A stretch of DNA of 64,000 bases. Source: Octopus sinensis (lineage: Eukaryota). Positions 41,590-54,215 of the stretch are shown one piece after another. Numbering within the stretch: position 1 is the first letter of the stretch; every line of letters starts with the position of its first letter. A model generated the notes under the pieces. The model was not told where the DNA came from, made no database searches, and worked only from the letters and a program-made list of their open reading frames with translations. The position numbers and the translations under genes were made by a program. The stretch is taken from assembly GCF_006345805.1 (NCBI RefSeq), contig NC_043007.1, positions 32,736,001 to 32,800,000 on the forward strand, given 5' to 3'.

Positions 41590-41945
41590 TTCTTTTATTC
41601 TTTTACTTGTTTCAGTCATTTTGATTGCAGCCATGCTGGAGCACTGCCTTTAGTCAAGCAAATCGACTGCAGGACTTATTTTTTGTAAGCCTAGTACTTA
41701 TTCTATCAGTCTTTTTTGTCGAACCGCTAAGTTATGGGGACAGTTGTTATAAATACATACACATAAATATATATATATATACGATGGGCTTCTTTCAGTT
41801 TCCATCTACCAAATCCACTCACAAGGCTTTGGTTGGCCTGAGGTTATAGTAGATGACATTTGCCCAAGGTGCCATGCAATGGAACTGAACCTGGAATCAT
41901 GTGGTTGGTAAGCAAGCTACTTACCACACAGCCACTCTTGCGCCT
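41590..41945 (-). mobile_element. SINE family A, reverse orientation
   Basis: Reverse complement of head and 3' module. Confidence 0.8.
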
Positions 41946-43559
41946 ATGTATATACATGCATATATATGTGGAACCATGTGGTTGGGAAGCAAGTTTCTTA
42001 CCACCCAGCCATGCTACGTAGTATTTTCTACTTATTTGAACCAATCAAAGAGCAGCATTCTCTTCACCATTTTCATTGTATAAAACTCTTCCATGAAGAA
42101 TCTTCCTCTTTGGCTTATTGGTTTTCCTTTGGCAGGATAACATCAATTTTTTCTTCAACGGATGTCTAAACAGGAATCAATAGAATCTCTTTTTCTTCAT
42201 GTGGAAGTCACATTTCACCTAGTTTTAAATAACAAGACATGTTTAAGCTGAATGAGAAATCAATTTGCTGTATCTCATTTTCCTCTTTAGTGATTACCTC
42301 AGTACAAACATCTGTTGCTGTTGCTGCTATGTAGGACACACAAAAAAATATTCATTTAAGAATATATGAACAACACTATTTCTACAACATTGATTTACAT
42401 ATTTGTATGTGTGTGTGTTTTCTACAATACACTTATGCAAATGTCTCTTTTATTAATGTTACTATTTAAAACTTCCTATTTTCTGTTTTTCTCTTTCTTT
42501 TCAGTTCAGACCTGGACTTCACAATCTTTGGAAAAAAAAAAGAATAAAAACATACTGTTTAATTACTTTGAGTCATAAAACCACAGGACAGCAAGATGCC
42601 TGCATTTGGCAACAGATGGAAAATAAAAAGAGTGTTAATAGAATATGTCATTATTATATAATATGTCAAGTTAATATACGTCCATATTTTTCAAACATCA
42701 TTTTACATTCTGGTTCCACAGTGGTGCAGCCAGAGTGTGTGCCGCACCCCTGGAGTTTGCCACTCCTTCCATTAGACCCCCAAGGTATACGAGGTTATAC
42801 AGTAGGCCCAAAAGCATTGCCTGGGGTGCAGGCATGGCTGTGTGGCTAAGGAGTTTGCTTGCCAACCTCATAGTTTTGGGTTCAGTCCCACAGCATGGAA
42901 CCTTGATTAAGTGTCTTCTACAATAGTCCCAGGATGATTAATGCTTTGTGAATAGAACTGTGTGTGTGTGTGTGTGTGTTATGTATGTACAACAAAATAA
43001 GGGCAAGACTTGAAATAAGAACTGGGTGGTGGTGGGATCAAACTGTTTGACTAACACTGAAAGGCCATGCTCCAGCATCACCATAGTCCAATGACTGCAA
43101 CAAATAAAAGTTTACAAACCAGTGCCCATTGACTGGCTCCTGTGCTGGTGGCACATAAAAAGCACCCACTACACCCTTGGAGTGGTTGGCGTTAGGAAGG
43201 GCATCTGGCAGTAGAAACATTGCCAGATAAGATTGGAGCCTGGTGCAGCCTACTGGCTTGCCAGTCCCCAGTCAAACAGTCCAACCCATACCAGCATGGA
43301 AAGCGGACGTTAAATGATGATGGCAATGACGATGATACCCCATCTCACTGTTTTCTTTGCACATACTACAGTAGTTTCTGCTCTTCAAAGGTGGATGATG
43401 TTGTGCCACCTTACTCAGGCACTAGGGACACACTCCTCCTCCAGTCACCTATATTTTACCTTTCCTATCAGATCCCAACCTTATCCAATCATTTGTGTTA
43501 CACACCACATCACCTAAAAAGATTACTTCTTCGTGAGATAATCCAGTTTGCAATAAATT

Positions 43560-43905
43560 TCTACTCTTTTACTTGTTTCAGTCATTTGACTGTGGCCATG
43601 CTGGAGCACTGTATTTAGTCGAGCAAATCGACCCCAGGACTTATTCTTTGTAAGCCTTGCACTTATTCTATTGGTCTCTTTTGCTGAACACACCAACATC
43701 AGTTGTCAAGCAATGGTGGGGGTACAAATACACACATATATACTTGACGGGCTTCTTTCAGTTTCCGTCTACCAAATCCACTCACAAGGCTTTGGTCAGC
43801 TCGAGGCCATAGTAGAAGACACTTGCCCAAGCTGCCACGCAGTGGGACTGAACCCAGAACCATGTGGTTAATAAACAAGCTACTTACCACACAGCAACTC
43901 CTGTG
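43560..43905 (-). mobile_element. SINE family A, reverse orientation
   Basis: Reverse complement of head and 3' module. Confidence 0.8.
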
Positions 43906-45685
43906 TATATCACAGAAATATTCGGTAAACCCTACGTGGATTACTGGTTTTTTCAGCTTTGCAACTCTAACTGATCACTCATTCTTCTAAATGTGAGTAG
44001 CCATGCATCTCTTCTACAAATATCTGCCCTGACCAACCCTTATCTTCTCCCTACTTTAATCCCTCATACCCTAGCATAAAGCTGATCCCAACTCCCTGAA
44101 GGCTCATAGTCTTGCCAGTTGCATCACAATCTCGCTAGAGCCACTGCCATGTAAAAAATCACCCGTTACACACTGGACAGTGGTTGGCATTAGGAAGGGC
44201 CTCCAGCCATAGAAACCATGCCAAAGTATGATGCAGGCCTCGACCCACTGGCCTGCATGGAACCATCCAACCCAGGCCAGCTAGGAATGTGGATTTTAAA
44301 TAATGATGATCATATTGAACTCATATTCATACAGGAGTTATTGAAGCAAAGATAGGTAGCTGGTAGTAGTAGTCATCATCATTTAACGTCCATTCGCCAT
44401 GCTGGCATGGGTTGGACGGGTTGACCGAGGTCTGGCTGCACCAGGCCCAATCTACAGCTGGATGCCCTTCCTAACGCCAACCACTCCGAGAGTGTAGTGG
44501 GTGCTTTATACATGCTGCTGGCATGGGAGCCAGTCAGAGAGCACTGGCATCAACCACATTTGGGTGGTGATTTTTACATGCCACTGTCACGGGAGCCAGT
44601 GGGGGTGGAGAGGACTGGTATCAACCATGTTCAGATGGTGCTTTCTACATGCCACCAGCACGGAGACCAAATCAGACCACACTGAAAGCATGGGTCGATA
44701 TCATTATAAATCTATCCTTGTTTATTAATGATTCATTCATTAATGATCTGGCTAACATTTAATTATGAACCATGTTATGCTCATCACGAACTGATTATCT
44801 AACATTCTGCTTGGACTGCAAAAGTTTGCCCCAGCAACCATCCACAATGTTCAGGACAACTTGGGGTTCTGGAGCAAAACCCCTTTTTCCCTTTTGTGTT
44901 CTATTATTCATTTATCCTTGATTCATTAAATTGGTTTCTTTTTGGAGAGATATACCAAAATTACCTTGGATGATAGGGTGACATGCTGTGCTTGAGGAGA
45001 CCTATCGAGTCAAGTACATCAACATCAACAGCAATAACAAAATCAAATCAAATGGAAATTGTAGTTATGAGCCCTGTGCTGATAGCATATAAAAAGCACC
45101 ATCTGAACATGGCCAATGCCAGTGCTGCGTTGACTGGCTTCCGTGCCGGTGGCATGTTAAAAAAATCATCCGATCGTGGCCAATGCCAGCCTCCTCTAGC
45201 TGCTGTGGTGGTGGTACGTAAAAAGCATCCACTACACTCTTGGAGTGGTTGGCGTTAGGAAGGGCATCCAGCTGTAGAAACATTGTCAGATCAGATTGGA
45301 GCCTGGTGCAGCCTCCAGTCGAACTGACCAACCCATGCCAGCATGGAAAATGGATGTCAAACAATGATGATGATACAAGATTTGCCACAAACTTTTAACA
45401 TCCACTTTTCTATGCTTGCATGGGTCAGATGGAATATATTCCGGCAGATTTTCCAAAGCTGGATGCCCTTCTTGATGCCAAACCTCACTTGTGTCCAAGC
45501 AACATTGTTTCCATGGTAACATTTCCTTGTGATCAGACATGTTTTCATGGAAAGACTGGAAATAAAAGACACTGCTTGCAAAACAGTGACACTTGATTAC
45601 AGCAATCAAATGATGTCAAAACAAGGAGACAACTCTCTCTCTCTCACACACACATATATCAGAGGCTTCGTTCAGTTTCCATCTA

Positions 45686-46251
45686 TTGGGTTGTCTGGAA
45701 AGTTTGTGCCAATTTATAGTAGCTTACCTTTCGACTTATTTTAGGACATGGTTGAGTCCATAAAATAGGATTTTACTACACCTCCATTTAGAGCACAGTT
45801 TAAGCTATCTTTACGTGGAAGAAGGTTTATGTTCCTATAACCTGTGTTAATTCTGTAACCCTTTAAAATAAAAGATGAGAAAGTTCATTTTTGGCACTTG
45901 ATGCTTTGGGAAGCAGACAGAAATTGCTGCAGCTCGGCTGGGATGTGTTACCCCACCCTCCATATTCACCAGATATTGCTCCTTCGGATTTCCACTTATT
46001 CAGGTCTCTGCAGAATAGTCTTAATGGTAAAAATTTCAATTCCATGGATGACGTAAAAAGATACCTTGATGAATTCTTTGCCATGAAACCACCTCAATTC
46101 TGGGAAGAGGGTATTTTCAAGTTAAAGGAAAGATGGAGATGCATTGTGTAACAAAATGGTTCATATTTGGTTGATTAAAAATGTAATGGCAAGTATTTAT
46201 TGACATTTTTCTTTCCTTTAAAAATCGGCATGAACTTTCCGGACAACCCAA
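45686..46251 (+). mobile_element. Internally deleted mariner transposon with transposase C-terminus (45891-46151)
   Basis: TIRs TTGGGTTGTCTGGAAAGTT / AACTTTCCGGACAACCCAA, TA duplication both sides; LPHPPYSPDIAPSDFHLFRSLQNSL motif. Confidence 0.93.
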
Positions 46252-46415
46252 TACTAAATCTGCTGTTTTCATGGAAGGATTGGGAACAAAGGACACTGCT
46301 TGCATGAGAGTGACACTTGTTTACAGCAATCAAATGATGTCAAGACAGGGAGACAACAACTATCTCTCTCTCTCTCACACACATGCAAACACACACACAC
46401 ATATATCAGAGGCTT

Positions 46416-46649
46416 ATAAGGCGGCGAGCTGGCAGAAACGTTAGCACGCTGGGCGAAATGCGTAGCCGTATTTCGTCTGCCGTTACGTTCTGAGTTCAAA
46501 TTCCGCTGAGGTCGACATTGCCTTTCATCCTTTTGGGGTCGATAAATTAAGTACCAGTTACGCACTGGGGTCGATGTAATCGACTAAATCCGTTGGTCTG
46601 TCCTTGTTTGTCCCCTCTGTGTTTAACCCCTTCTGGGTAGTAAAGAAAT
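46416..46649 (+). mobile_element. SINE family B, full-length monomer with 15-bp TSD
   Basis: GGCGGCGAGCTGGCAGA head, GTTCAAATTC box B, GCCTTTCATCC..GGTCGATAAA..AAGTACC central domain, AAAGAAATA tail; ATATATCAGAGGCTT at 46401-46415 and 46650-46664. Confidence 0.9.
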
Positions 46650-47083
46650 ATATATCAGAGGCTTCATTCAGTTTCCATCTACCAGATCTGCTCACAAAGT
46701 TTTCGTTGGCCTGAGATTACAGAAGACACCCAAGCTTCTATGAGATGGGATTGAACCTGGGACTCTGTGGTTGGGAGGCAAACTTCTCCCCACACAGCCA
46801 CGCTTGCACCAACCAAGAAGCTCAGCATATCATTCACAAGACAATCGTTGAATCAATCAATAGATTCGACAATCTGATCTGTCAAATAAACTCATCCATT
46901 GAAAAACCACAACAGCAGAGAATTAAACAAAAAGTTGTCTTTTATAATGCAATAAACCATTGATTTTAGTGAAGAGAAATTTCAAAAGAACATTTCATAG
47001 TACAGCACACTTGTCTGTATCTATATATGTATGTATATGTTATATTATGGTATAAATCTGGATTTATCAAGAGTTTTTGTTAG

Positions 47084-47089
47084 TTTATT
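47084..47089 (-). promoter_or_regulatory. Candidate AATAAA polyadenylation signal of ZIP9 (~530 nt after the stop)
   Basis: First canonical AATAAA seen on the minus strand downstream of the stop; ATTAAA variants occur closer, so the assignment is tentative. Confidence 0.3.
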
Positions 47090-47619
47090 TTGCTTTAATT
47101 AGAGTTTTTTTCTTCCCAAATTGAAAATTTGAGAAATGAAGCAAAAATGTTTTAACGTATTCTAAGGGAGATAACTTTCTCCTAAAGTTTTTAACTGAGT
47201 TTTAAAAAAAAAAGTTTAATTAATGTAAATGCTTAAAATTAAAAATAAACAAACAGATGAATAAAAAAAATAAATAAAAATGACTGCATTTGATCTTTTC
47301 TAATTAATTCTGACATTTTCTATCCTCTGAAGGAAAAGAAATCAGAGATGATAAAAAGTTCAAGCACAGATAAAAATAAAAAAAAATGTGAAAATTTAAT
47401 AAGTTTTTTGGTTTTTTAGCTTTAAAATGTTATCTAAAGATGATAATTGAAATACCTAGAATTTTTGGTACCATGCCCAAAATCTAGAAATGTAAAAAAA
47501 AAACAAAAACAAAATATAAACAAAACAATAAAAAAGCAATGTTTTTTTTCAAGTTCTTTTTTCCAATTTTTTTTTTTAATTTTCAAATTTTTCTCTAAAG
47601 ACATACACAAATATATCTC

Positions 47620-47862
47620 TCAATGCTTGTGGCCGAGAGCCAACATTACAGGAATGGCTGACCCTAGCACAAATGTAAAAAGTTCCTTCTTGTTAAAACC
47701 TTTCTGTTCTCGAATGATGGTCACGCCATCGTGTGTGGTTTGCGCTGGAGTGTTGGCCACTTCAGGCAAGACGTGTACCGTGGCCACATACAGGAAAGTT
47801 CCGGCACTGAATAGAAGGGCAAGTCCAGTTGCATGAAGATCGGACAGGGTTTCTTTATTTTG
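47620..47862 (-). CDS. SLC39A9: ZIP9 last coding exon (243 nt incl. TGA): QNKETLSDLHATGLALLFSAGTFLYVATVHVLPEV...LGSAIPVMLALGHKH* (not in ORF track)
   Basis: ATGLALLFSAGTFLYVATVHVLPE signature and GHKH C-terminus (human GHQH); strong polypyrimidine acceptor TTTCTTTTTCTAG. Confidence 0.96.
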   Translation of the reverse strand, partial: QNKETLSDLHATGLALLFSAGTFLYVATVHVLPEVANTPAQTTHDGVTIIREQKGFNKKELFTFVLGSAIPVMLALGHKH

Positions 47863-49683
47863 CTAGAAAAAGAAAAGAAATGAAAAGAAATGAAATAAAG
47901 AAAGAAAATAACAAGGTTTCTTTATATTAGCTGTTCAAAGTCACAACAGATTCGTTATGAGAGCGGGTAACATTCATTGAATTGATTTCATGCTTAGCAT
48001 CTGATTTGAAATTACTATTAATCTACCATGTGAGGAGAAATGGGCAACATTTTTAATCATCAAATTTTTTAGACCACTGGTTTTAATTGATTAATATCAT
48101 TTTCTACCCTTATTCAATTTTAAATAAAAAAAAATGTTCTCTAACCGGTAAATTGACTACTGTAGTTTATTAACTGCAGAGTAATTTCCGATCTCAGCGC
48201 GCCAAAGTGAAGGCATTTGAAAGATACACATAAATATAATTTGTGGAACTCTTTGCAATGCTGGATCTCGGTTGAGCGCCCTGTATCTAGTTCTAGAAAT
48301 TGTGTTTCATAAACGACAGACTATGCTGATGATCTTGCAGATGTTTATGTATTCATATACGTAAATTATTAACAAGTGAAACTAATTAGTACATAGGTAA
48401 TCGTTTTTTATTTCGTATATTTTCATTTGTCTTGCTTATTTTTACACTTTGGTCTTTTGTTGAATTTTTTCTTGAGAACACATTCTCTGTGGAAAATGGC
48501 GATTTTGACATCTATTTCTAGTATACAGGCTGTCCACTTTTAGTGGTCAATCCTCTCAATTTTGTATATATATAATATATATACATATATATGTATATTA
48601 TATATATATATATAATTATAATAAGGGTGATTTTATAATTTTATAATTATATTTCTAAAATTAATTACTTTGTATTAATTTTTACCGAAATTGCTTTTTC
48701 ATGCTAGTTACTTGATAAAATCCTATATTTATTTTTACCCTTGATTGTAACTGATATCATCATCATCATCATCATCATTCAGCATCCGCTTTCCATGCTA
48801 GCATGGGTTGGACGGTTCAACCGGGGTCTGTGAAGCCAGAAGACTGCATCAGGCCCAGTCAGATCTGGCAGTGTTTCTACAGCTGGATGCCCTTCCTAAC
48901 ACCAACCACTCCATGAGTGTAGTGGGTGCTTTTTACGTGCCAGAGAAGGCTGGCAACGGCCACGATTGGATTGGTGCATTTTACGTGCCACCAGCACGGA
49001 AGCCAGTCTAGGCGGCGCTGGCATCAGCCATGTTCTGAACGTGGCCGATGTGTGTGTGTATATATATATATTATATATTATTATATATATATATATATAT
49101 ATAATATATATACACACACACATACATATATATTGGGCTTATTTCAGTTTCTGTCTACCAAATACAGTCACAGGACTTTAGTCATCCCAGGGTGACAGAA
49201 GAAGACAGACGCCCAAGATGCTGAGATGTGGGACTGATCTCCAAACCTTGCGTTAGAGAAGCAGTCTCCTTAATCACACAGCCATGGCTGCACCTCAACT
49301 AATAATAAATAACAAAATAAATAAATAGGCATTAATCCAGACTTGGCCTCTCTGCCTGAATGAAACTGTAAAATCCAAGGAAATTAATGGTGGCCTGAGG
49401 CAGAAAATATTAGGAAAAATGAATCAGTTTATAAAACGGAGTAAATTTTGGTTGGAATTTTGGATGTGACCTTTTTCTGGTTTAACACCAGAATTTGGAC
49501 ATTGGATGTCATTGGCAGAATCTATGCTGACGTAAGCACTCAGGTCAGATCTCTGGTTTTCAGGGAATTTCTTTCTATCAGTGTTGTAGACCCCTTGAAA
49601 AGAGTTATGGGCATTGACCCTGCCCTCATTTGATGAAGCCCACCCCCCTACATGCATACACACAATAAAACACCAAAAACCCA

Positions 49684-49837
49684 GTGGCTGAGTGGTAAGT
49701 AGCTTGCTTACCAACCACACAGTTCCGGGTTCAGTCCCACTGCGTGGCATCTTGGGCAAGTGTCTTCTGCTATAGCCTCGGGCTGACCAGAGCCTTGTGA
49801 GTGGATTTGGTAGACGGAAACTGAAAGAAGCCCGTCG

Positions 49838-49870
<33 letters not shown>

Positions 49871-50094
49871 GTGTGTGTGTGTTTGTGTGTCTGTGTTTGT
49901 CCCCCTAACATCGTTTGACAACTGATGCTGGTGTGTTTACATCCCCGTTACTTAGCGGTTCGGCAAAAAGAGACTGATAGAATATGTACTGGGCTTACAA
50001 AGAATAAATCACGGGGTCGAGTTGCTCGATTAAAGGCAGTGCTCCAGCATGGCCACAGTCAAATGACTGAAACAAGTAAAAGAGTAAAAGAGTA
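49684..50094 (+). mobile_element. SINE family A, near full length, antisense in ZIP9 intron 6
   Basis: Collinear with other copies; tail ends ~13 nt from the exon 6 donor. Confidence 0.88.
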
Positions 50095-50109
50095 TGAGGA
50101 AGAACTTAC

Positions 50110-50244
50110 TTGGCTCAATCCCAAATATGTGAGAATCGATAGCAATGGCGCCGAGACAGAAAAGGCAAGCAAATGTCTTTTGATTCGAGCTCTCTCCAAA
50201 CCTTCAAGCATGAGGAATGATACTAAACCAAATGAGGCTGGTGC
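50110..50244 (-). CDS. SLC39A9: ZIP9 coding exon 6 (135 nt): [45 protein letters not shown]
   Basis: Matches ZIP9 [33 protein letters not shown]; acceptor TTTCTACCAG, donor GTAAGT; phase 0 to 0. Confidence 0.95.
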
Positions 50245-50934
50245 CTGGTAGAAATAAAGAAAAGAATATATCATCATCATCATCGTCGTCGTCATTTAAA
50301 GTCCATTTTTTCCTGTACTTGCACGGTCGGACAGATGAAAGGCAAAGTCAACTTGGATGCTACTCCCTGAGACCCCTTTCGGAGCCCCCATGCCCTGTCT
50401 AATGTTAATCACATTAAAACCCCACTGTCACATGTACACTGAGTCCTCCACAGCCAAAGTGGGGCTATGACATAATCCAATACGCACAACAATAATAAGA
50501 GAAGAGGACCATAGTCACTGAGTTGGTACCCCTTTATTCCAACTGTTACATGTTGCAGAATACTGAAACGTATGTCATCATCATCATCAACATCGTTTAA
50601 CGTCTATTTTCCATGCTAGCATGGGTTGGACGGTTCAACTGGGTCTGGGAAACCAGAAGGCTGCACCAGGCCCAACAAATGAAATAAAGGAATTCCAACT
50701 CAATATCCATGCTCCCATTTTCTCTTGTTTGTTTGTTTGATTAATGGTATATATGCAAGTACGTACACACATATACATTGTACGTACGTACATACGTTAT
50801 TGCATGTCATTATTCAGTTTTATTTCAAGATTTCTTGCCAAGAGAGAAAGAACCGGTTTCCAACCAAGATTCAAGGTTCCTTCATTGGAATTTCAACATC
50901 AACAGGGTAGGTGGGTGTGTATGTATGTATGTAT

Positions 50935-51110
50935 ATTGAGAAAGTAAGGAGGGATGTGAGGAAGGGCATCGCTGTTACACTTCCAGATGGGAAGGGTCTT
51001 CCTATGATGCTGACATGCAGTGTTAGTGCAAGACCCTGCCTCAGTAAAGCTGGACTCAAGAGTCATCTTCGTAGTCATAAAGCGAGACAGATGAGTGACA
51101 CCTGGCCACT
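50935..51110 (+). mobile_element. RTE-clade LINE C-terminal fragment in ZIP9 intron (antisense)
   Basis: LTCSVSARPCLSKAGLKSHLRSH resembles the RTE C-terminal C..C.R.C.S..GL.SH.R.H motif. Confidence 0.6.
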
Positions 51111-51477
51111 GGTGGTGGTGTAACACACCATACTAATCATATCTGTCAGGTATGTGAAAGAGAGTGCAATTCGGCAGGAGGACTTAAATGACATGTAAAG
51201 GTACATGAAGCCCAGTTACAACTACAGCCGGCTATTACCAGTAAAGGTTTTAGTTGCCAATTCTGTACAAGACATTGTAGATCTTTGGCTGGGCTAAAAA
51301 GTCACATTCGATCACAGCACCAATAACAGTTAAGCTTTGTGCAATGGCCATACTCGATAACGAGGGGACAGCCATCATCACGTATTTATATGTGCAGATT
51401 TGCATGCTTTGTTTTATGTATGTATTCTCATGCAAATAGTTGCATATCTAGACACAGTCATGTATGTATGTATGTAA

Positions 51478-51708
51478 AGGCGGCGAGCTGGCAGAAACGT
51501 TAGCGCGCTGGGCGAAATGCGTAGCCGTATTTCACCTGTCGTTACGTTCTGAGTTCAAATTCTGTCGAGGTCGACTTTGCCTTTCATCCTTTTGGGGTCG
51601 ATAAATTAAGTACCAGTTACGCACTGGGGTCAATGTAATCGACTCAATCCCTTTGTCTGTCCTTGTTTGTCCCCTCTGTGTTTAGCCCCTTGTGGGTAGT
51701 AAAGAAAT
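51478..51708 (+). mobile_element. SINE family B monomer inserted in (ATGT)n
   Basis: Collinear with the 46416 copy. Confidence 0.88.
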
Positions 51709-52049
51709 ATATGTATGTATGTATGTGTGTGTGTGTGTGTATGTGTGTGTATGAATGACTGTATGTATGTCTACATGTATATATTTATGTTCCAGGGTTA
51801 TAAATATAATTTGCTTTCATCCCATATAGGTCAAGTATGAATGCTGATGTCAGGAGCTCATAGCTGGCAGGTTAACTTTTTTGCTTTTTTTATATTTTAT
51901 TTTCTGTTTTTTGTTTGTATTTCATATACCTTGCTTTTTTTACTTTTTAATTTTCCTTTCTCTGCATTGTCTAAATGACATTGAAGAAGACAAGCTGCCA
52001 ATGCAGGGACAGAGAACAGAGACAATAGGGGAAGGGTGTGAGAGTAGAA

Positions 52050-52560
52050 GGTGTAACAGCAGTAGAGGAGGAGGAGGAGGAGAAGGAAGAAGTAGTGGTA
52101 GTAGTAGTAGTAGCAGTGGTGGCAGTAGTAGTAGCAGTAGTAGTAGTGTGGTGGTGGCAGTAGTAGTAGTGGTGGTAGTAGTAGTAGTAGTAGTGGTGGT
52201 GGTGGTGGTGGTGGTGGCAGTAGTAGTAGTGTGGTGGTGGCAGTAGTAGTGGTGGTGGTGGTGGCAGTAGTAGTGGTGGTGGTGGTGGTGGTGGTAGTGG
52301 TAGTAGTAGTGGTGGTGGTGGTGGCAGTAGTAGTAGTGTGGTGGTGGCAGTAGTAGTAGTGGCAGTAGTAGTGGTGGTGGTGGTGGCAGTAGTAGTAGTG
52401 GTGGTGGTGGTGGCAGTAGTAGTAGTAGTGGTGGTGGTGGTAGTAGTGGTGGCAGTAGTAGTAGTAGTGGTGGCAGTAGTGGAAGCGGCGGCAGTAGTAG
52501 TAGTAGAAGTAGTCGTAGTAGTAGTAGTAGTAGAAGTAGTAGCAGCAGCAGTTGTAGTAA
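52050..52560. repeat. (GTA/GTG/GCA)n trinucleotide tract in ZIP9 intron 5
   Basis: Direct inspection; explains ORFs 51940-52575 and 52338-52634. Confidence 0.95.
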
Positions 52561-52708
52561 ATGAAAAAGGTACAAGTGGATATGGGAATATCTACTTATG
52601 CTGTAATTGTTTTACTTTCTCAACACGGATCTAATCAGTTATTTGATGAGTTACATCTCGTTAAAAAAATTTTTATTAGTGGTAATTAAGAAACAACAGG
52701 TGTCTTAC

Positions 52709-52794
52709 CTTGTGTAACATGATAGCCAGAAAGACGATCAAAGTGACATGGTCCTCAGACATTGTGACAGCAGCGCCCAGGGCAATGCCGTCAG
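52709..52794 (-). CDS. SLC39A9: ZIP9 coding exon 5 (86 nt): ADGIALGAAVTMSEDHVTLIVFLAIMLHK
   Basis: Matches ZIP9 [29 protein letters not shown]; acceptor ATTTTCAG, donor GTAAGA; phase 1 to 0. Confidence 0.95.
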
Positions 52795-53000
52795 CTGAAA
52801 ATATAGAACAGCAAGAGATACAGGTCAGGGTTTGGCTGAGGAAGTAAAAGCTTTCAGTCAAATGTTAACCATTTGTGACCAATCTGCCTCAGATACAAAC
52901 TTGGTCCTAAGATACAAACTTCCTGTTTTGAAATGGTCTAAATTAAAACCATTCTTCAAAATTCCATATTAATTCATGTCCCAAACACCAGATTAATTAA

Positions 53001-53143
53001 CCCTTTCGTTACTGTATCTCTGTTGAGATGCTCTGTGTTTCTTTCAATTACTTTAAATATAACAAAGAATTCGTTATCATTAAGCTAGTGTTAGGAACAC
53101 TACAGAGCCAGAGGCGGTTTCAGCTGGGTTGGTATCGAAAGGG
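53001..53143. mobile_element. piggyBac-type MITE, internally deleted
   Basis: TTAA-CCCTTTCG ... CGAAAGGG-TTAA. Confidence 0.75.
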
Positions 53144-53180
53144 TTAAACAGATACAAAATAATAAAAAATTCTTCCATAT

Positions 53181-53383
53181 TATTGCTGAGATGTTCTGTG
53201 TTTCTTTCAATTACTTTAATTATAACGAAAAATTTAGTAAAATAACTTAGTTATCATTAAGCTAGTGTTTGCAACATAAACTGTGACTAAGGTTTGGTGG
53301 AAGATCTCAATTCAAAACTTATGAAAACAAGACATTTGTACTCAGAACCAGAGCCTGTTTCAGCCAGGTCGGTAACAAAAGGG
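53181..53383. mobile_element. Second copy of the same piggyBac-type MITE, left end lost
   Basis: Shares internal sequence with 53001 and 58919 copies; ends AAAAGGG-TTAA. Confidence 0.65.
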
Positions 53384-53714
53384 TTAATTATAGAATTATT
53401 TCACTAAATTCTTATTTTTAAAAGTTAACTGAAACAAATGCATTGTGTTTCTACAGAAATATGGTAATGAAAGGGTTAAAATAGTTACACTGGAAACAAT
53501 GCCACCAGCTTAAAACATGGGATAACACAGTTACCCTGCAAATAATGGCATAAATTCAAAGAGAGAACAGTCAATAATATATAGTTGTTTACTTCATCAC
53601 AGCTGTAGTTATAATGGGGCTTAAAACCAATACCAGCATAATTACATGGACATGAATATTCATTAGTTGGAATAGAGAGGAGGCTTAAATATTGGGCTGT
53701 TGCTTTATTCTTTG

Positions 53715-53915
53715 ACTTGATTCAGTCATTTGACTGCGGCCATGCTTGAGCACCACCTTTAGTCGAACAAATCAACCCCGGACCCTGGGATTTATTCTTT
53801 GTAAGCCTAGTACTTATTCTATCAGTCTCTTTTGACGAAATGTTAAGTTACGGGGGGACGTAAACACACCAGCATCAGTTGTCGAGTGAGAGTGGTGAGG
53901 ACAAACACAGACCCT
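53715..53915 (-). mobile_element. SINE family A 3' module; similar fragments at 2975-3040, 7925-8035, 35060-35260 and head fragments at 12875-13015, 35620-35750, 42830-42960, 46665-46810, 49130-49290, 62130-62230
   Basis: CAGTCATTTGACTGCGGCCATGCT..AGCACC motif and core matches. Confidence 0.7.
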
Positions 53916-54137
53916 AACCCTAACCTTCACAGTTGATTAGTTATGTAACAACCATTACAGGTGTTTAATCACACATTCTACCCTTCTACAGCTTTCCTTA
54001 TGGTGCTTATTTCGAGAGACATGGATGGGTAGAGAGGTGATCTGTACTTCAACCACACATTCTACCCTTCTACAGCTTTCCGTCTATCTGCAATTACAGT
54101 TCTTTGCCAAAAACCTTGTAAACAACAACCGACTTAC

Positions 54138-54215
54138 CAGCAGCGTGTATCACTAAACCTAGAGTAGCTGTGAATTTATTTCTGTTCTGCACAGTTGTTT
54201 GGTTGTGTTCAGGAT
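54138..54215 (-). CDS. SLC39A9: ZIP9 coding exon 4 (78 nt): DPEHNQTTVQNRNKFTATLGLVIHAA (not in ORF track)
   Basis: Matches ZIP9 [23 protein letters not shown]; acceptor TTACTTCCACAG, donor GTAAGT; phase 1 to 1. Confidence 0.93.

Noticed and set aside
42010-42230. Protein-like text on the minus strand
   Set aside because: Stops in all three frames and no recognisable family.
48170-48310. GC-richer island in the last ZIP9 intron as a candidate snoRNA/miRNA
   Set aside because: No C/D or H/ACA boxes and no convincing hairpin found by eye.
51940-52634. Poly-L/P/H/T and poly-V ORFs; similar ORFs at 1415-2160
   Set aside because: Trinucleotide microsatellite artefacts.
53911-53925. (CCCTAA)2 telomeric motif
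   Set aside because: Too short; sits at a SINE edge and gives no evidence of an interstitial telomere.
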